Positions 17,814 to 27,839 of a stretch of DNA of 50,776 nucleotides are shown one piece after another. How positions within the stretch are numbered: position 1 is the stretch's first letter; every line of letters begins with the position of its first letter. Source of the DNA: Defluviitaleaceae bacterium (lineage in GTDB: Bacteria; Bacillota; Clostridia; Lachnospirales; WRAX01); the NCBI GenBank assembly GCA_009780415.1, contig WRAC01000017.1, positions 1-50,776 of the forward strand, read 5' to 3'. The notes under the pieces were generated by a model. The model was given only the letters and a program-made list of their open reading frames with translations, was not told where the DNA came from and made no database searches. Both the position numbers and the translations under genes were made by a program.

Positions 17814-18881
17814 TTAGTTATTTATTTTGACATACGCGGTGATTTCTAATTTATACGATTCCTGCCCACCATACCGTTCATATAACTCCGTATCGTGTTT
17901 TTTTAGGCGTTCGCTAAGTCCGTAGCCGTCTATGTCATAGGATGCAAGCAGTGCGTATGTCGATTTGATCTCGTTAACAATGGCCTCGGCAAATATCCTT
18001 TCAAGATAAGCGGATTGTTCATCGTTTTCATATAGGTCCTGTGGATATTCTTCAAGATGTCCCTTTGTTCTAACACTTATAGAACAAACAATGCCTTGCG
18101 AATCTTCACGGATTCTATAACGCGTATTTTGATCCGTAATCCGCAATGTCGTATGTGCATCATCCAGTTTAACTGATAATAAGCGTCCGCGTCCAAGGCC
18201 TTTGGCCCATGCAAGCCCCTCCAGCTCCTCATTTGAAGCGAATCCGGCCAATTCCCCCTTAACCAATGCCGCACCGGAGAATATAAGCGATTTATTATTC
18301 TCATCATACGAAATCAATGGGATTAATACACCCTCATCCTCATGCAAAGCAACTGCGAGCATTTCTAATTCAAGCTGTAACGCTGAACCGGCCTGCTTTC
18401 TGGCGTGTTTATAATGATTTGAAATATACGCTCCGAACGAGCTTTCATCCTTCAGCACCTCTGAAAGCGCGTCAGCCGCCTCTCCATGAACAGCCGCAAT
18501 TAAAAGCTTACCGCTTATTTCATTGTTTTGATCAAGGGCGCCGATTACCTCGCGCAGCTTTGAGGCGTCTTGCAAGAGTTCTTCTCCCAGCAGACAGGCC
18601 TTACTTAGCGCAAAGCTCAGGGCCCTGGGGTTTACCTCGTTCAGTTCATACATCGCCGAGGATAGGTTTTGACGCGTTATGCTCCTTACGTCTTTCTTTT
18701 CATTATCGCCGTCGTCTTCACCGATAGCCAGTAATTCAACGCAAAGCGCAACTCCGCCATCTTCGGCATCTATGCTGAACGCCCCCACAAAACCGCGTTC
18801 CTCCAATTCTATTTTGTCGTAGCATCCGGTAAGCATCAACGAAATTATTAATAAGTGTAAAAAACACAAATGTTTTGTCAT
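17814..18881 (-). CDS. Spore germination protein, Ger(x)C family lipoprotein
   Basis: Lipobox LMLTGC, then YDKIELEERGFVGAFSID, matching the GerxC N-terminal consensus. 355 aa. Confidence 0.8.
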   Translation of the reverse strand: MTKHLCFLHLLIISLMLTGCYDKIELEERGFVGAFSIDAEDGGVALCVELLAIGEDDGDNEKKDVRSITRQNLSSAMYELNEVNPRALSFALSKACLLGEELLQDASKLREVIGALDQNNEISGKLLIAAVHGEAADALSEVLKDESSFGAYISNHYKHARKQAGSALQLELEMLAVALHEDEGVLIPLISYDENNKSLIFSGAALVKGELAGFASNEELEGLAWAKGLGRGRLLSVKLDDAHTTLRITDQNTRYRIREDSQGIVCSISVRTKGHLEEYPQDLYENDEQSAYLERIFAEAIVNEIKSTYALLASYDIDGYGLSERLKKHDTELYERYGGQESYKLEITAYVKINN

Positions 18882-19972
18882 TTATCAAATCTCCTCAGGC
18901 GTGCTATAACCAATAGAACAAATGGTAATGCCAGAACAAGCGCAGGCGCGGAATATCGGTACATAATACGTGAATATTCATACGCTCGGGATGCGTTGTC
19001 AGGAATTAACGACAGCAGAAGGACAACCGGCACAAGGACAGTCAGATAAATTCTGCGCTTGCCTTTGCCTGCCATATCGCGGAGCAGCAACGAACCAAAA
19101 AACAAGCCCGCGCCCGCTCGCGCAAAAACTGTCAGTATCCAAAAAGATATAACTATCGCGTTCTGACGCTCCATAAACGAACCTGGTATTTCGGTTGTAA
19201 ACAGCAGTTCGAGTAAAGGCCAGTCATGAGCTAATGCCCCTTGCGGCGTTAACCTTGCAATGACAAGCGCTGTTATCGCCGACAGCAGTATTCCCATAAA
19301 AACAACCGCTCCGGTTACGCATTTACGTGTTGTCTCTCCTGCCGCGTTGGTAAAAGAAACCGCCACCAGTACCAACTCAATGCCCGCGAAGGCGTAACCG
19401 CTTTCAAAGCCGCTTTTCAATAACCTTTCAGGCGTATTATTCAGAACGGGTAAAAGATTAGAGTAATCCGCGCCAAACGCAGACAGAACCAACAGAATCA
19501 ACAGCGGAACGAATACCGCAAACACCAGGATTTCCGCAATCCGGCCCCTTGTCTCGTAACCGTGGTACACAGCCAGCCAGCCCAGAGCGAGAATCACAGC
19601 CGCAATCAGCCAGTATGGCGTAAGCGGCAGCAATACGGATTTTATGATTTCACCAAAAATCCGGAGTTCCAGCGCTGTGCCTGCCAAAGCCCGAATCGCC
19701 AGTATCAGGCAAAGTAACTTACCCAATGGGCGCGATAGCAACAGACAACTATATTCATGAAAGCTCTTCCCGCGAAACAGAGACCCAACTGAAGCCATCA
19801 GATATACGCCCGCGGCGGCAAAAATCGCCGCTATAAGAACACCGGCCCATCCATTCTGCCCGGCATTTGAAATAGCGATATTAGGCAGGAAAATCGCGGA
19901 CGTACCAAAGAGAAAAAGAAGCGTAAGCGCCTGTAACTGCCGCGCCGAGATTTTTTCGTTTGATGAAAACAT
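18878..19972 (-). CDS. Spore germination protein, Ger(x)B family (APC-superfamily permease)
   Basis: The opening KISARQLQALTLLFLFGTSAIFLP is GerxB-like. About 10 TM helices. The start overlaps the gerA-like gene's stop. Confidence 0.8.
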   Translation of the reverse strand: MFSSNEKISARQLQALTLLFLFGTSAIFLPNIAISNAGQNGWAGVLIAAIFAAAGVYLMASVGSLFRGKSFHEYSCLLLSRPLGKLLCLILAIRALAGTALELRIFGEIIKSVLLPLTPYWLIAAVILALGWLAVYHGYETRGRIAEILVFAVFVPLLILLVLSAFGADYSNLLPVLNNTPERLLKSGFESGYAFAGIELVLVAVSFTNAAGETTRKCVTGAVVFMGILLSAITALVIARLTPQGALAHDWPLLELLFTTEIPGSFMERQNAIVISFWILTVFARAGAGLFFGSLLLRDMAGKGKRRIYLTVLVPVVLLLSLIPDNASRAYEYSRIMYRYSAPALVLALPFVLLVIARLRRFDK

Positions 19973-19981
19973 TCGAGCCTC

Positions 19982-21460
19982 CTATTCCTTTTTATCAGCC
20001 ATACGCGTGGTTTGATCCGGCCTGGCGAAAATGGGGCGTTTTTTTTGGAATCTCGCGGGCATCCTGACAATCGAATCCTTTAAATCCGTGCCGTTGTTTA
20101 CTTCGCCGGACACAAAGGGGAACAGATAGGGTATGCAGAAGCTTTGCAAGCTTGCCAGATGTATCAGGATTAAAAGCATCCCTGCCCAGAAACCCAGCAG
20201 TCCAAGCATCGCGGTTAATATTATCACTGTAAATTTGACTATCCTGTAGCCCGTGACCAGGGCGTTGCTGGGTATAGCGAAACTGGCTATGGCGGTCAGG
20301 GCGACGACCACAACCACAATAGGACTTACGATTCCGGCCTCCACCGCTGCGTTGCCGACGATAAGGCCTCCCACAATGCCCAGCGTGCCCCCGACTGCGT
20401 TTGGCATACGCGTCCCGGCTTCACGTAATAGTTCAAATGCCGTTTCCATTATAAGTATCTCCGCAACCGCCGGAAACGGGACATTTTGGCGCGCTGCGGA
20501 CATTTTCAGCATAAGTGTTGAAGGCAAAAGCGCGGGATGGTAAACGGCGGCGGCCAGATAAAACCCCGGCAGCGCGACGGCAAGCAGTCCGGCTGCGAAA
20601 CGAAGCACGCGCGTTAAAGACATGATCCAAAAACGTTGGTAATAATCGTCCGAGCTTTGATATAATGAGTTTAATGTAACCGGCACAATCAGCGCAAACG
20701 GCGAATTATCGGCAAGGATCACGACACGTCCTTCCAGTATTGAAGCGGCGGCTTTATCCGGGCGTTCCGTTGTTTCGGCCTGAGGAAACGGTGAACGCCA
20801 GCTTTTCTCAATTAACTGTTCTAGTACACCTATATCAGCTATAGAATCTACATCAATCTCAGATAAAAGCGTTTCTACTTCGTTAACAACCTCAGGGCGG
20901 GCTATATCGTCCATGTAAACAATGGCAAGATCCGTGTTGCTCCTGCGCCCTGCTCTCAATTGCTTTATTTTCAAGCGTGTATCGCGGATACGCCGCCGAA
21001 TCAAAACGGTATTTATGCGGAAAACTTCGCCGAATGCCTCTTTGGAGCCCATAACGGTCACTTCCGTCGAGGTCTCCGGCACACCCCGGTTTGCAAAGCC
21101 TTTTGACGAAATAACGGCAATCTTATCGGAACCGTTTACGAATATAGCCGTATCCCCCGTCAGAACGGATGTAATCGCTGCGTCAAAGTCCGTCTCGTCC
21201 GCGATTTCCAATGTACGTATGGTGTCTTTTACCTTTTCATAAACGCCGCCCGGTTCCAAAACCGCGTGTTTCAAGCCATCCATTATGGGTATAATAATCT
21301 GGCGGTCGATTGACATGCGGTCTATCATATTATCTATATAAACCAAGCTTAGCGCGACCCCAGGGCATGGAGACAGAGTCCCTTGCACAAAATCGCCGCA
21401 ATCGGCGAAAAGTTCCTCCAGCCGTGCTTTATTCACGTTTAAATCCGTAGATACAGCCAC
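19982..21460 (-). CDS. Spore germination protein, GerA/Ger(x)A family
   Basis: 492 aa. A soluble N-terminal domain is followed by C-terminal TM helices. A conserved block reads RSPFPQAETTERPDKAAASILEGRVVIL. GTG start with a GGGGTGA RBS. Confidence 0.8.
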   Translation of the reverse strand: MAVSTDLNVNKARLEELFADCGDFVQGTLSPCPGVALSLVYIDNMIDRMSIDRQIIIPIMDGLKHAVLEPGGVYEKVKDTIRTLEIADETDFDAAITSVLTGDTAIFVNGSDKIAVISSKGFANRGVPETSTEVTVMGSKEAFGEVFRINTVLIRRRIRDTRLKIKQLRAGRRSNTDLAIVYMDDIARPEVVNEVETLLSEIDVDSIADIGVLEQLIEKSWRSPFPQAETTERPDKAAASILEGRVVILADNSPFALIVPVTLNSLYQSSDDYYQRFWIMSLTRVLRFAAGLLAVALPGFYLAAAVYHPALLPSTLMLKMSAARQNVPFPAVAEILIMETAFELLREAGTRMPNAVGGTLGIVGGLIVGNAAVEAGIVSPIVVVVVALTAIASFAIPSNALVTGYRIVKFTVIILTAMLGLLGFWAGMLLILIHLASLQSFCIPYLFPFVSGEVNNGTDLKDSIVRMPARFQKKRPIFARPDQTTRMADKKE

Positions 21461-21479
21461 TTTTTCACCCCATTTATAA

Positions 21480-21510
21480 CATAATGTACCCCATTGCTTT
21501 AACCGTATAC
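21480..21510 (-). promoter_or_regulatory. Forespore sigma-G/sigma-F-type promoter candidate for the ger operon
   Basis: On the minus strand, GTATA, an 18-nt spacer, then CATTATG. This resembles the sigma-G consensus (GnATA ... CATnnTA). It lies about 12 nt upstream of the RBS and GTG. Confidence 0.4.
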
Positions 21511-21545
21511 ATTGTTAAAGGAAAATGATATAATGTGGGGGAAAG

Positions 21546-22505
21546 GTGGAATGGGACTTGCGTTTCGACTCGGATATGAAGATTTTCGCCGGCAGCGGCA
21601 GCAAAGCCTTGACGCGTAAGATATGCGATATTCTAAACGTTTCCGTCGGGCAATGCAATGTAATCCGGTTTTCAGATAACAACACTTATGTGAAAATCGA
21701 GGAAAAAGTGCGCGGCAAAGACGTTTATATTGTGCAAACAATCGGATTCGACCCAAATAATCAATTTATGGAGCTTTTGTTCTGGATTGACGCGTTCAAG
21801 CGCTCCAGCGTCGCTTCCGTCACCGCTATAATCCCGTATTTCAGTTATGCGAAAGCAGATAAAAAAGACGAACCAAGGGTGTCGATCCGGGGACGTGTTT
21901 GCGCGGACAGCCTTGAGGCGGCGGGCGTGGACAGAGTGGTGACGATGGACCTGCACAGCCCGCAAATCCAAGGCTTTTTCAAGAAGCCCGTAGACCATTT
22001 ATACGCGGCGAATATCTTTGTTGAACATATAAAATCCTTGCAACTGGAGGATTTCATTATTGTCGCGCCGGATGAGGGCTTTGCGAAAAACGCCAGATAC
22101 TATTCGGACAAGCTTGGTGTGCCGCTTGCCATCGGAAACAAAAAGCGGTCATCACATGATGAAAACGCTGAAATTTTAGGCATTACAGGAAATGTTGAGG
22201 GTAAACGCGCGGTGATCATAGACGATCTTGCCATAAGCTGCGTAACCCTCGTAGAGGTTGCCAAAGTGTTGAACCGACTGGGCGCGCCAGACATTTACTG
22301 TTACGTAACCCACGGCATGGTTACCGAAAAGGGCGCGGTGGCGCTTACGGACAGCCCGATCAAAACCTTTTACACGACAGATACCGTTTTCAATCCTTAT
22401 CTCGAGAAATGCCCGAAGGCGGAAATCCTTTCCGTTGCGGAGCTTTTCGGCAAAACCATAAGGATTATACACGACAGGGAATCACTTGGCGAATTGTTTG
22501 ATTGA
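21546..22505 (+). CDS. prs: Ribose-phosphate pyrophosphokinase
   Basis: MKIFAGSGSKALTRKICDIL..., and the PRPP-binding loop VIIDDLAISCVTL. 319 aa. The true start may be ATG 21576 instead of 21546. Confidence 0.8.
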   Translation: MEWDLRFDSDMKIFAGSGSKALTRKICDILNVSVGQCNVIRFSDNNTYVKIEEKVRGKDVYIVQTIGFDPNNQFMELLFWIDAFKRSSVASVTAIIPYFSYAKADKKDEPRVSIRGRVCADSLEAAGVDRVVTMDLHSPQIQGFFKKPVDHLYAANIFVEHIKSLQLEDFIIVAPDEGFAKNARYYSDKLGVPLAIGNKKRSSHDENAEILGITGNVEGKRAVIIDDLAISCVTLVEVAKVLNRLGAPDIYCYVTHGMVTEKGAVALTDSPIKTFYTTDTVFNPYLEKCPKAEILSVAELFGKTIRIIHDRESLGELFD

Positions 22506-22518
22506 TAGGAGGTATATA

Positions 22519-23895
22519 ATGTATATAACGTATATTATGAGACGTATTTTACTTGCGGCATTAGCTGTGGCTATACTGCTTCCGGGCTGTACCAGCGGCG
22601 GCGAGTCCCGTGCGCTGCGCGATGACGCCTCCCGGCAGGCAAGGGATTTCGTTATGGATATAGTAAACGAAAATTATGTGCGCGCGCTCACCCAGGGAAC
22701 GGACGGATTGAAGGCAGACTTAACGGTCAGAGATTTACAATGGATGTGGCTTGAAACACAGATGCAGGCCGGGAGCTTTAATTCCATATCCGGCACATAC
22801 ACAAACTTTGAGGCCGGCAACTATACTTGTGTGCTGACAGCGGATCATAGAAACAGGACGGTTTTCTGGACTCTTACATATAAAGAGGACGGGGAAACGG
22901 TAAAGCTTGACAGTGTTGATGTCCGCGCCGTTTACAAGCCTGAGGCCCGCGTTGCCCCGCCGGAGGGTATTGTGCAGGAAAATGTCGTTGTGGGCGAGGC
23001 TTCGGGATATCCATTAAACGGAAGGCTTACGCTGCCCCGAAACATCGGTGAGGGCGCTAGGCTCCCGGCTGTGGTGCTGGTGCATAACCACGGCCCCTGG
23101 GATATGGACGCGTCGGTTTTTGACAACAAACCTTTCCGCGATATCGCCTACCATCTGGCGGCAAACGGCATCGCCGTACTGCGTTATGATAAAATTACCT
23201 ACAGGTATCCCGACGAATTGAAGGACGTTTACGGAAACCGTATAACCGCCGAGCTGGAGACGGTTTACGACGCGGCTTACGCCAGATTGCTGCTTGCCGG
23301 AGACGAACGCATTGACCAGGACCGCGTGTTTGTGCTGGGGCATGGGCTTGGCGGGTCGCTGGCGCCGCTTATTTGCGCGTTGTACGGTTATAATGGCTGG
23401 ATATCAATGGCGGGATCGCCTCGCAATTTGGTGGAGCTGGCAATTGACACGCAAATGTACGCGGCGGAACGTGATGGGCGCGGGCGCGCTTACCGCGATA
23501 ATCTGCGCAGCGAACACGAAGCCGCCGCCGAGTTGTTTTTGGCTCTGGTTGAAATGTCTTTTGAGGAAATTGACGAAATCTGCATTTTCGATATTTCTGG
23601 GTATTATCTTAAATCTTTGATTGAAAACGCGCCCGAAGAATTCCTGGAGCTTAATTACCCTGCCCTTGTTTTACAAGGCACAAACGATTTCGAGGTATTC
23701 TTTGACAGGGATTTTGAACTGTATCAACAATTTCTTACGGAAAACGATAATGCGGAATTCCGTCTTTACAGAGGCGTGAACCATATGTTAATGTGGTCAA
23801 CTATGGAAAGGCCGGATATACGGGATTACAGACCCGCGGCAACGGTTGAAAAAACTGTCTTGGACGATATCGCGGAATGGATAAATAAAAATTAA
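22519..23895 (+). CDS. Lipoprotein with C-terminal alpha/beta-hydrolase domain
   Basis: RBS AGGAGG 6 nt before ATG 22519. Signal peptide with lipobox LLPGC. A GHGLGG nucleophile-elbow motif is present. Confidence 0.7.
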   Translation: MYITYIMRRILLAALAVAILLPGCTSGGESRALRDDASRQARDFVMDIVNENYVRALTQGTDGLKADLTVRDLQWMWLETQMQAGSFNSISGTYTNFEAGNYTCVLTADHRNRTVFWTLTYKEDGETVKLDSVDVRAVYKPEARVAPPEGIVQENVVVGEASGYPLNGRLTLPRNIGEGARLPAVVLVHNHGPWDMDASVFDNKPFRDIAYHLAANGIAVLRYDKITYRYPDELKDVYGNRITAELETVYDAAYARLLLAGDERIDQDRVFVLGHGLGGSLAPLICALYGYNGWISMAGSPRNLVELAIDTQMYAAERDGRGRAYRDNLRSEHEAAAELFLALVEMSFEEIDEICIFDISGYYLKSLIENAPEEFLELNYPALVLQGTNDFEVFFDRDFELYQQFLTENDNAEFRLYRGVNHMLMWSTMERPDIRDYRPAATVEKTVLDDIAEWINKN

Positions 23896-23914
23896 AAATA
23901 TTTGAAATTACGTA

Positions 23915-23943
23915 TTGACATAGGTAAGAGCCTATGGTATTAT
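23915..23943 (+). promoter_or_regulatory. Sigma-A promoter (TTGACA-17-TATTAT) for the small-ORF / ArsR-like pair
   Basis: TTGACA at 23915-23920, a 17-nt spacer, then TATTAT at 23938-23943. Confidence 0.55.
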
Positions 23944-24005
23944 GGACTTACATATTTACGACATTCTTTATTTCGTAATAACATAATCCATAGGAGGTAA
24001 ATAAA

Positions 24006-24194
24006 ATGGAAATCGCTAAAAGAAATCAAAAAAGTAAGACAGAGAGGTTTTTTACCAAACTTAAAAACCTTATGCGGAACAATAAGGATTACAACGCCAG
24101 ACATATGCTGGCGGAACACAGGGCCGCGTATGAAAAACATATTAGGCGAACCGAGATGATATATCATATACACATGGGGGGTATCATAAAATGA
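24006..24194 (+). CDS. Small basic protein (62 aa), unknown function
   Basis: RBS AGGAGG 8 nt upstream of the ATG. Highly basic sequence (MEIAKRNQKSKTERFFTKLKNLMRNNK...). Its stop overlaps the next ATG as ATGA. Confidence 0.55.
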   Translation: MEIAKRNQKSKTERFFTKLKNLMRNNKDYNARHMLAEHRAAYEKHIRRTEMIYHIHMGGIIK

Positions 24195-25318
24195 GTGATA
24201 ATCACAACGGCTACAAATATCGCGGAAATGAAAACAATAATAACCAGCGCGACTTCGGCGGCGAAATCGACAGGCTTAGCGAGGGCCTTTCCGCCATGAA
24301 GGATATGCTTGGGCAATTATTAAGGCAAAATACCCAACCCCTGCCGCCAAAGCCCGAAGAACCGACTCCCCCGCCAAGAACGGAGCCCGATCCCCCCCCA
24401 AGAGCCGAGGATTGGGATGATTACGGCAGAAAAATGAATGAATACAGCTGGAAAATATCCGACCACTACAACAAGAAATACGGTTCCATGTATGTAAACA
24501 ATAACAATGTGAACAATACCAGGCCGCCTAAACCGCCGCGCCCCCCGAAACCGCCCAGACCGCCTAAGCCGCCTAAGGTTAAGGTTTTTTACGGGAACGG
24601 CTTTAACACTGTCGGCGAAACGGTAAGGCGCGCGCTGGATCAGGGGATGAAGGGTATGGAAGATGCCCTGCGCGGGCTGGATATCGGCGCGTCGGTAAAA
24701 GACGCCCTGGGTGAGGTTAAAGTAACCCTGCGCGATCTGGACGTCGGCGAAACGGTGAGGCAGGCGCTTGACGAAGGGTTAAAGGGCGTTGAGGAATCAC
24801 TGCGCGATATGGATGTGAACATCGACATGGTTGACCTCAGCTTCAAGCCCGTGATGGACAGCATAGAGGCCAAACTTTCGGATGAGGATGTACGCGGCGT
24901 CGTAACCTATATGGGCGGTTATAAGCCCTATGACGGCCCCTCAATCTACTGGTCCGCCAGGGAACGCACCTTTGACGATATCCTGTCCAGCTTACGCAGC
25001 TCCGACGCGGAAAAAGCGCTGGGCGCCATTGGCAGCCGCGCGAAGCTGGATATTCTGCTGGCCCTGCTGCACGCGCCAATGACGGTAAACGAGCTGGTCG
25101 CGTTCCTAAGCCTTAACTCCACGGGACAGGCTTACCACCACCTGCACCATCTGCTTGCGGCAAAGGTCGTTATAGAAGAACAGGGCAGTAAGGGCGTTTA
25201 TGCCATAAACCCGAACCGTGTTCAGGGATTGATTATGATTCTGGCCGGTGTACGCGATTTGCTCAGCGCGAAGGATAACGGTGACGCGCAATGGGACACG
25301 GAGCAAGACGAAAACTAG
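24191..25318 (+). CDS. Atypical ArsR/SmtB-type winged-helix protein with a proline-rich linker and internal repeats
   Basis: C-terminal HTH reads RAKLDILLALLHAPMTVNELVAFLSLNSTGQAYHHLHHLLAAKVV. There is a central PPKPPRPPKPPRPPKPPK tract. Three copies of a ~20-aa repeat (G)ETVRxALDxGxKGxExxLRxLD are present. The N-terminus is Asn-rich. Confidence 0.7.
   Translation: MSDNHNGYKYRGNENNNNQRDFGGEIDRLSEGLSAMKDMLGQLLRQNTQPLPPKPEEPTPPPRTEPDPPPRAEDWDDYGRKMNEYSWKISDHYNKKYGSMYVNNNNVNNTRPPKPPRPPKPPRPPKPPKVKVFYGNGFNTVGETVRRALDQGMKGMEDALRGLDIGASVKDALGEVKVTLRDLDVGETVRQALDEGLKGVEESLRDMDVNIDMVDLSFKPVMDSIEAKLSDEDVRGVVTYMGGYKPYDGPSIYWSARERTFDDILSSLRSSDAEKALGAIGSRAKLDILLALLHAPMTVNELVAFLSLNSTGQAYHHLHHLLAAKVVIEEQGSKGVYAINPNRVQGLIMILAGVRDLLSAKDNGDAQWDTEQDEN
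24524..24577 (+). repeat. Short coding tandem repeat (CCGCCNARR) encoding PPKPPRPPKPPRPPKPPK
   Basis: Direct reading of 24524-24577. Confidence 0.6.
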
Positions 25319-25324
25319 AAATTA

Positions 25325-25361
25325 GCTGTACCGTATTAAACATAGGGTACAGCCTTTTTTA
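25325..25361 (+). terminator. Rho-independent terminator (GCTGTACC...GGGTACAGC plus T7)
   Basis: A 9-bp stem followed by CTTTTTT, downstream of the ArsR-like gene. Confidence 0.65.
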
Positions 25362-25434
25362 TATTCATTTTTTATCTGTATATAAAGATATAAATATGTT
25401 ATAATCCCGGTATACAGCTATACGGAGGAAATCA

Positions 25435-27810
25435 ATGAACACCAAGGCTTTACGGACGCTTGAGTTCGATAAGATAATAGAAATGCTTGCGGGCAAGGCG
25501 ATATCGCAGCCCGGAAAAGCGCTGGCACGTGAGCTGGTACCCGCCGCGGAGCTTTATGATATTGAGATAGGGCAAAAAGAAACCAGCGAAGCGATGCGCT
25601 ATATATTAAAAAACGGGTCGCTGCCGCTGGGCGGTATCAGGGATGTGGGGGCTTCCGCGAAACGCGCCGAGATGAACGGAATCTTGATGATTGAAGAGCT
25701 GATGCATGTGGCGGAGTTCCTGTACGTCTGCGGGAAGGCCGTAAACTACGCGAAGGAAGCGGAGCGGTCAGTTGCGTCTGACCGGATAGGCGATATGTTC
25801 GGACGAATCGTTACCTTGCCGCATTTGGCTAAAGAGCTGAACCGTTGCATATTAAACGAACAGGAACTTTCCGACGATGCCAGCCCCAGGCTTTCGGACA
25901 TACGTAAAAACATAAAAACCCAAAATGCCCGCGTGCGCGAGACGCTGAACTCCATCATCCATTCCCAGACATACAAGACAATGCTGCAAGACCCGGTAAT
26001 AACCATCAGAAACGGGCGCTTCTGCGTACCCGTCCGCGCCGAGCATAAAAGCTCCTTCCAAGGTATGGTACACGACCAGAGCGGTTCCGGCTCGACGCTG
26101 TTTGTTGAGCCGATGAGCGTTGTGTCCCTGAACAATAAGATCAAGGAGCTGGAGGCGGAGGAACGCGCGGAGATAGAGCGGATTTTACGCAAGCTGTCCG
26201 GCCTTGTGGCGGAGGATGCGCTGACGATTACAACCAATTCGGAAGTGCTGACGCATTTGGATTTTGTGTTTGCGAAGGCAGAGCTGTCTCTATCCATGAA
26301 CGGTTTCGAGCCTAAGTTCAACGAACGCGGCGTTATCAACCTTAAAAGGGCCAGACATCCGCTTTTGGACAAGGAAAAGGCCGTGCCGATAGACATCCGG
26401 CTGGGCGACGGGTTCACTATTCTTTTGATAACGGGGCCGAATACGGGCGGTAAAACCGTTGCTCTCAAAACACTGGGATTGTTCACGCTGATGGGCCATG
26501 CCGGCCTGCATATCCCCGCCGCGGAGAATCCCGAGCTGGCAGTGTTTGACGATGTTTTCGCGGATATTGGCGACGAACAGAGCATCGAACAGAGCCTAAG
26601 CACGTTTTCCGGGCATATGAGTAATATTGTGAAAATCCTTGATAAAGTTACTCCCTTCTCGCTGGTGCTGCTGGATGAGCTGGGCGCGGGCACAGATCCC
26701 ACAGAGGGCGCGGCTTTGGCGGTTGCCATAATTAAATTCCTGCATGATCGCAAAATACGTTCCGCCATAACCACACATTACAGCGAATTGAAGGTTTTCG
26801 GCTTGCAAACCGAGGGCATTGAAAACGCCGCCTGCGAGTTTGATGTTGAGAGCCTGCGGCCCACTTACCGGCTGCTTATCGGCATTCCGGGCAAGAGCAA
26901 CGCCTTCGCCATTTCCCGGCGGCTTGGGCTTACGGAGGATATCATAGAATCGGCCCGCGCGTTTTTGACCAGCGAGGACGAGCGGTTTGAGGATGTCATC
27001 ACCAACCTTGAGATCAGCCGCAAAACCGTTGAAATGGAGCAGGAACGCGCCGAGCGTTTCCGTCAGGAAGCCGAAAAGCTTAAACGCGACTATGAAAGCC
27101 AAAAGGCGAAGCTTGCGGAAAGCCGGGAGAAAATCCTTAAAGAAGCCCGCGACGAAGCTAAAAAGGCGACGGACGCGGCTAAAAAAGAGGTTGACCGCAT
27201 TATTAAGGAAACGCGTCAAATACAGGAAAGCGGCAGGAATATCAAGGAGCTTGAGGAAAAGCGCGGGGAACTGCGTGAAATGGCGGCGCAATTCGATCAG
27301 ACTGCAACGGAAACCGTTCCGCCGCCAAAGTATAAAAAAATTGAGCGTCCGTTAAAGCCGGGCGAACGGGTCTATATACATTCGTTATCCCAGCGCGGCG
27401 TTATTATCGCCGAGGCGGACTCGTCCGGCAGTATTATGGTTCAGGCCGGGATAATGAAGGTAAAAGTCGGCGTAAACGCCCTCTCCCTTGACGAATCCGC
27501 GCCCGCCGCGCCCAAAAACCCCGAACGCGCCTATTCCCTCAAGGGCGTTGCCGAGCGCAAGCGCAACATCTCCCCTACCCTGGACATACGCGGAAACACA
27601 TCGGACATGGCTTTTGATAAGATTGATTCATACCTAGGCGACGCGTATTTCGCGGGATTGCAAAACGTAACAATCCTCCACGGCAAAGGCACAGGGGCGT
27701 TACGCCACGCGGTTCAGGGATATTTGAAATCCCATCCGCATGTGAAAAAATACCGTGATGGCGCCTTCGGCGAGGGTGATTTAGGCGTTACTATTGTTGA
27801 GTTAAAATAA
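25435..27810 (+). CDS. mutS2: Endonuclease MutS2 (MutS domain-V ATPase plus C-terminal Smr domain)
   Basis: 791 aa. Walker A reads ITGPNTGGKTVALKTLG, with DELGAGTDP. A KOW-like segment is followed by a C-terminal Smr domain (LDIRGNTSDMAFDKIDSYL...ILHGKGTGALR). An extended -10 TGTTATAAT lies at 25397-25405. Confidence 0.9.
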   Translation: MNTKALRTLEFDKIIEMLAGKAISQPGKALARELVPAAELYDIEIGQKETSEAMRYILKNGSLPLGGIRDVGASAKRAEMNGILMIEELMHVAEFLYVCGKAVNYAKEAERSVASDRIGDMFGRIVTLPHLAKELNRCILNEQELSDDASPRLSDIRKNIKTQNARVRETLNSIIHSQTYKTMLQDPVITIRNGRFCVPVRAEHKSSFQGMVHDQSGSGSTLFVEPMSVVSLNNKIKELEAEERAEIERILRKLSGLVAEDALTITTNSEVLTHLDFVFAKAELSLSMNGFEPKFNERGVINLKRARHPLLDKEKAVPIDIRLGDGFTILLITGPNTGGKTVALKTLGLFTLMGHAGLHIPAAENPELAVFDDVFADIGDEQSIEQSLSTFSGHMSNIVKILDKVTPFSLVLLDELGAGTDPTEGAALAVAIIKFLHDRKIRSAITTHYSELKVFGLQTEGIENAACEFDVESLRPTYRLLIGIPGKSNAFAISRRLGLTEDIIESARAFLTSEDERFEDVITNLEISRKTVEMEQERAERFRQEAEKLKRDYESQKAKLAESREKILKEARDEAKKATDAAKKEVDRIIKETRQIQESGRNIKELEEKRGELREMAAQFDQTATETVPPPKYKKIERPLKPGERVYIHSLSQRGVIIAEADSSGSIMVQAGIMKVKVGVNALSLDESAPAAPKNPERAYSLKGVAERKRNISPTLDIRGNTSDMAFDKIDSYLGDAYFAGLQNVTILHGKGTGALRHAVQGYLKSHPHVKKYRDGAFGEGDLGVTIVELK

Positions 27811-27839
27811 TTATTTGATATGATAAAGGAGAAGCACAA

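Noticed and set aside
21515-21545. Promoter for prs (TGATATAAT)
   Set aside because: An extended -10 is visible, but there is no acceptable -35 at 16-18 nt spacing and the start codon is ambiguous, so I left it uncalled.
23940-24173. Minus-strand ORF 23940-24173
   Set aside because: It overlaps the promoter and the small basic ORF on the plus strand, which has a strong RBS and translational coupling. The minus ORF has no RBS.
25746-27291. Minus-strand ORFs 25746-26774 (342 aa) and 26596-27291 (231 aa)
   Set aside because: They are antisense to canonical mutS2. Their translations are low-complexity (Ser/Arg/Ala-rich) with no recognisable domains.
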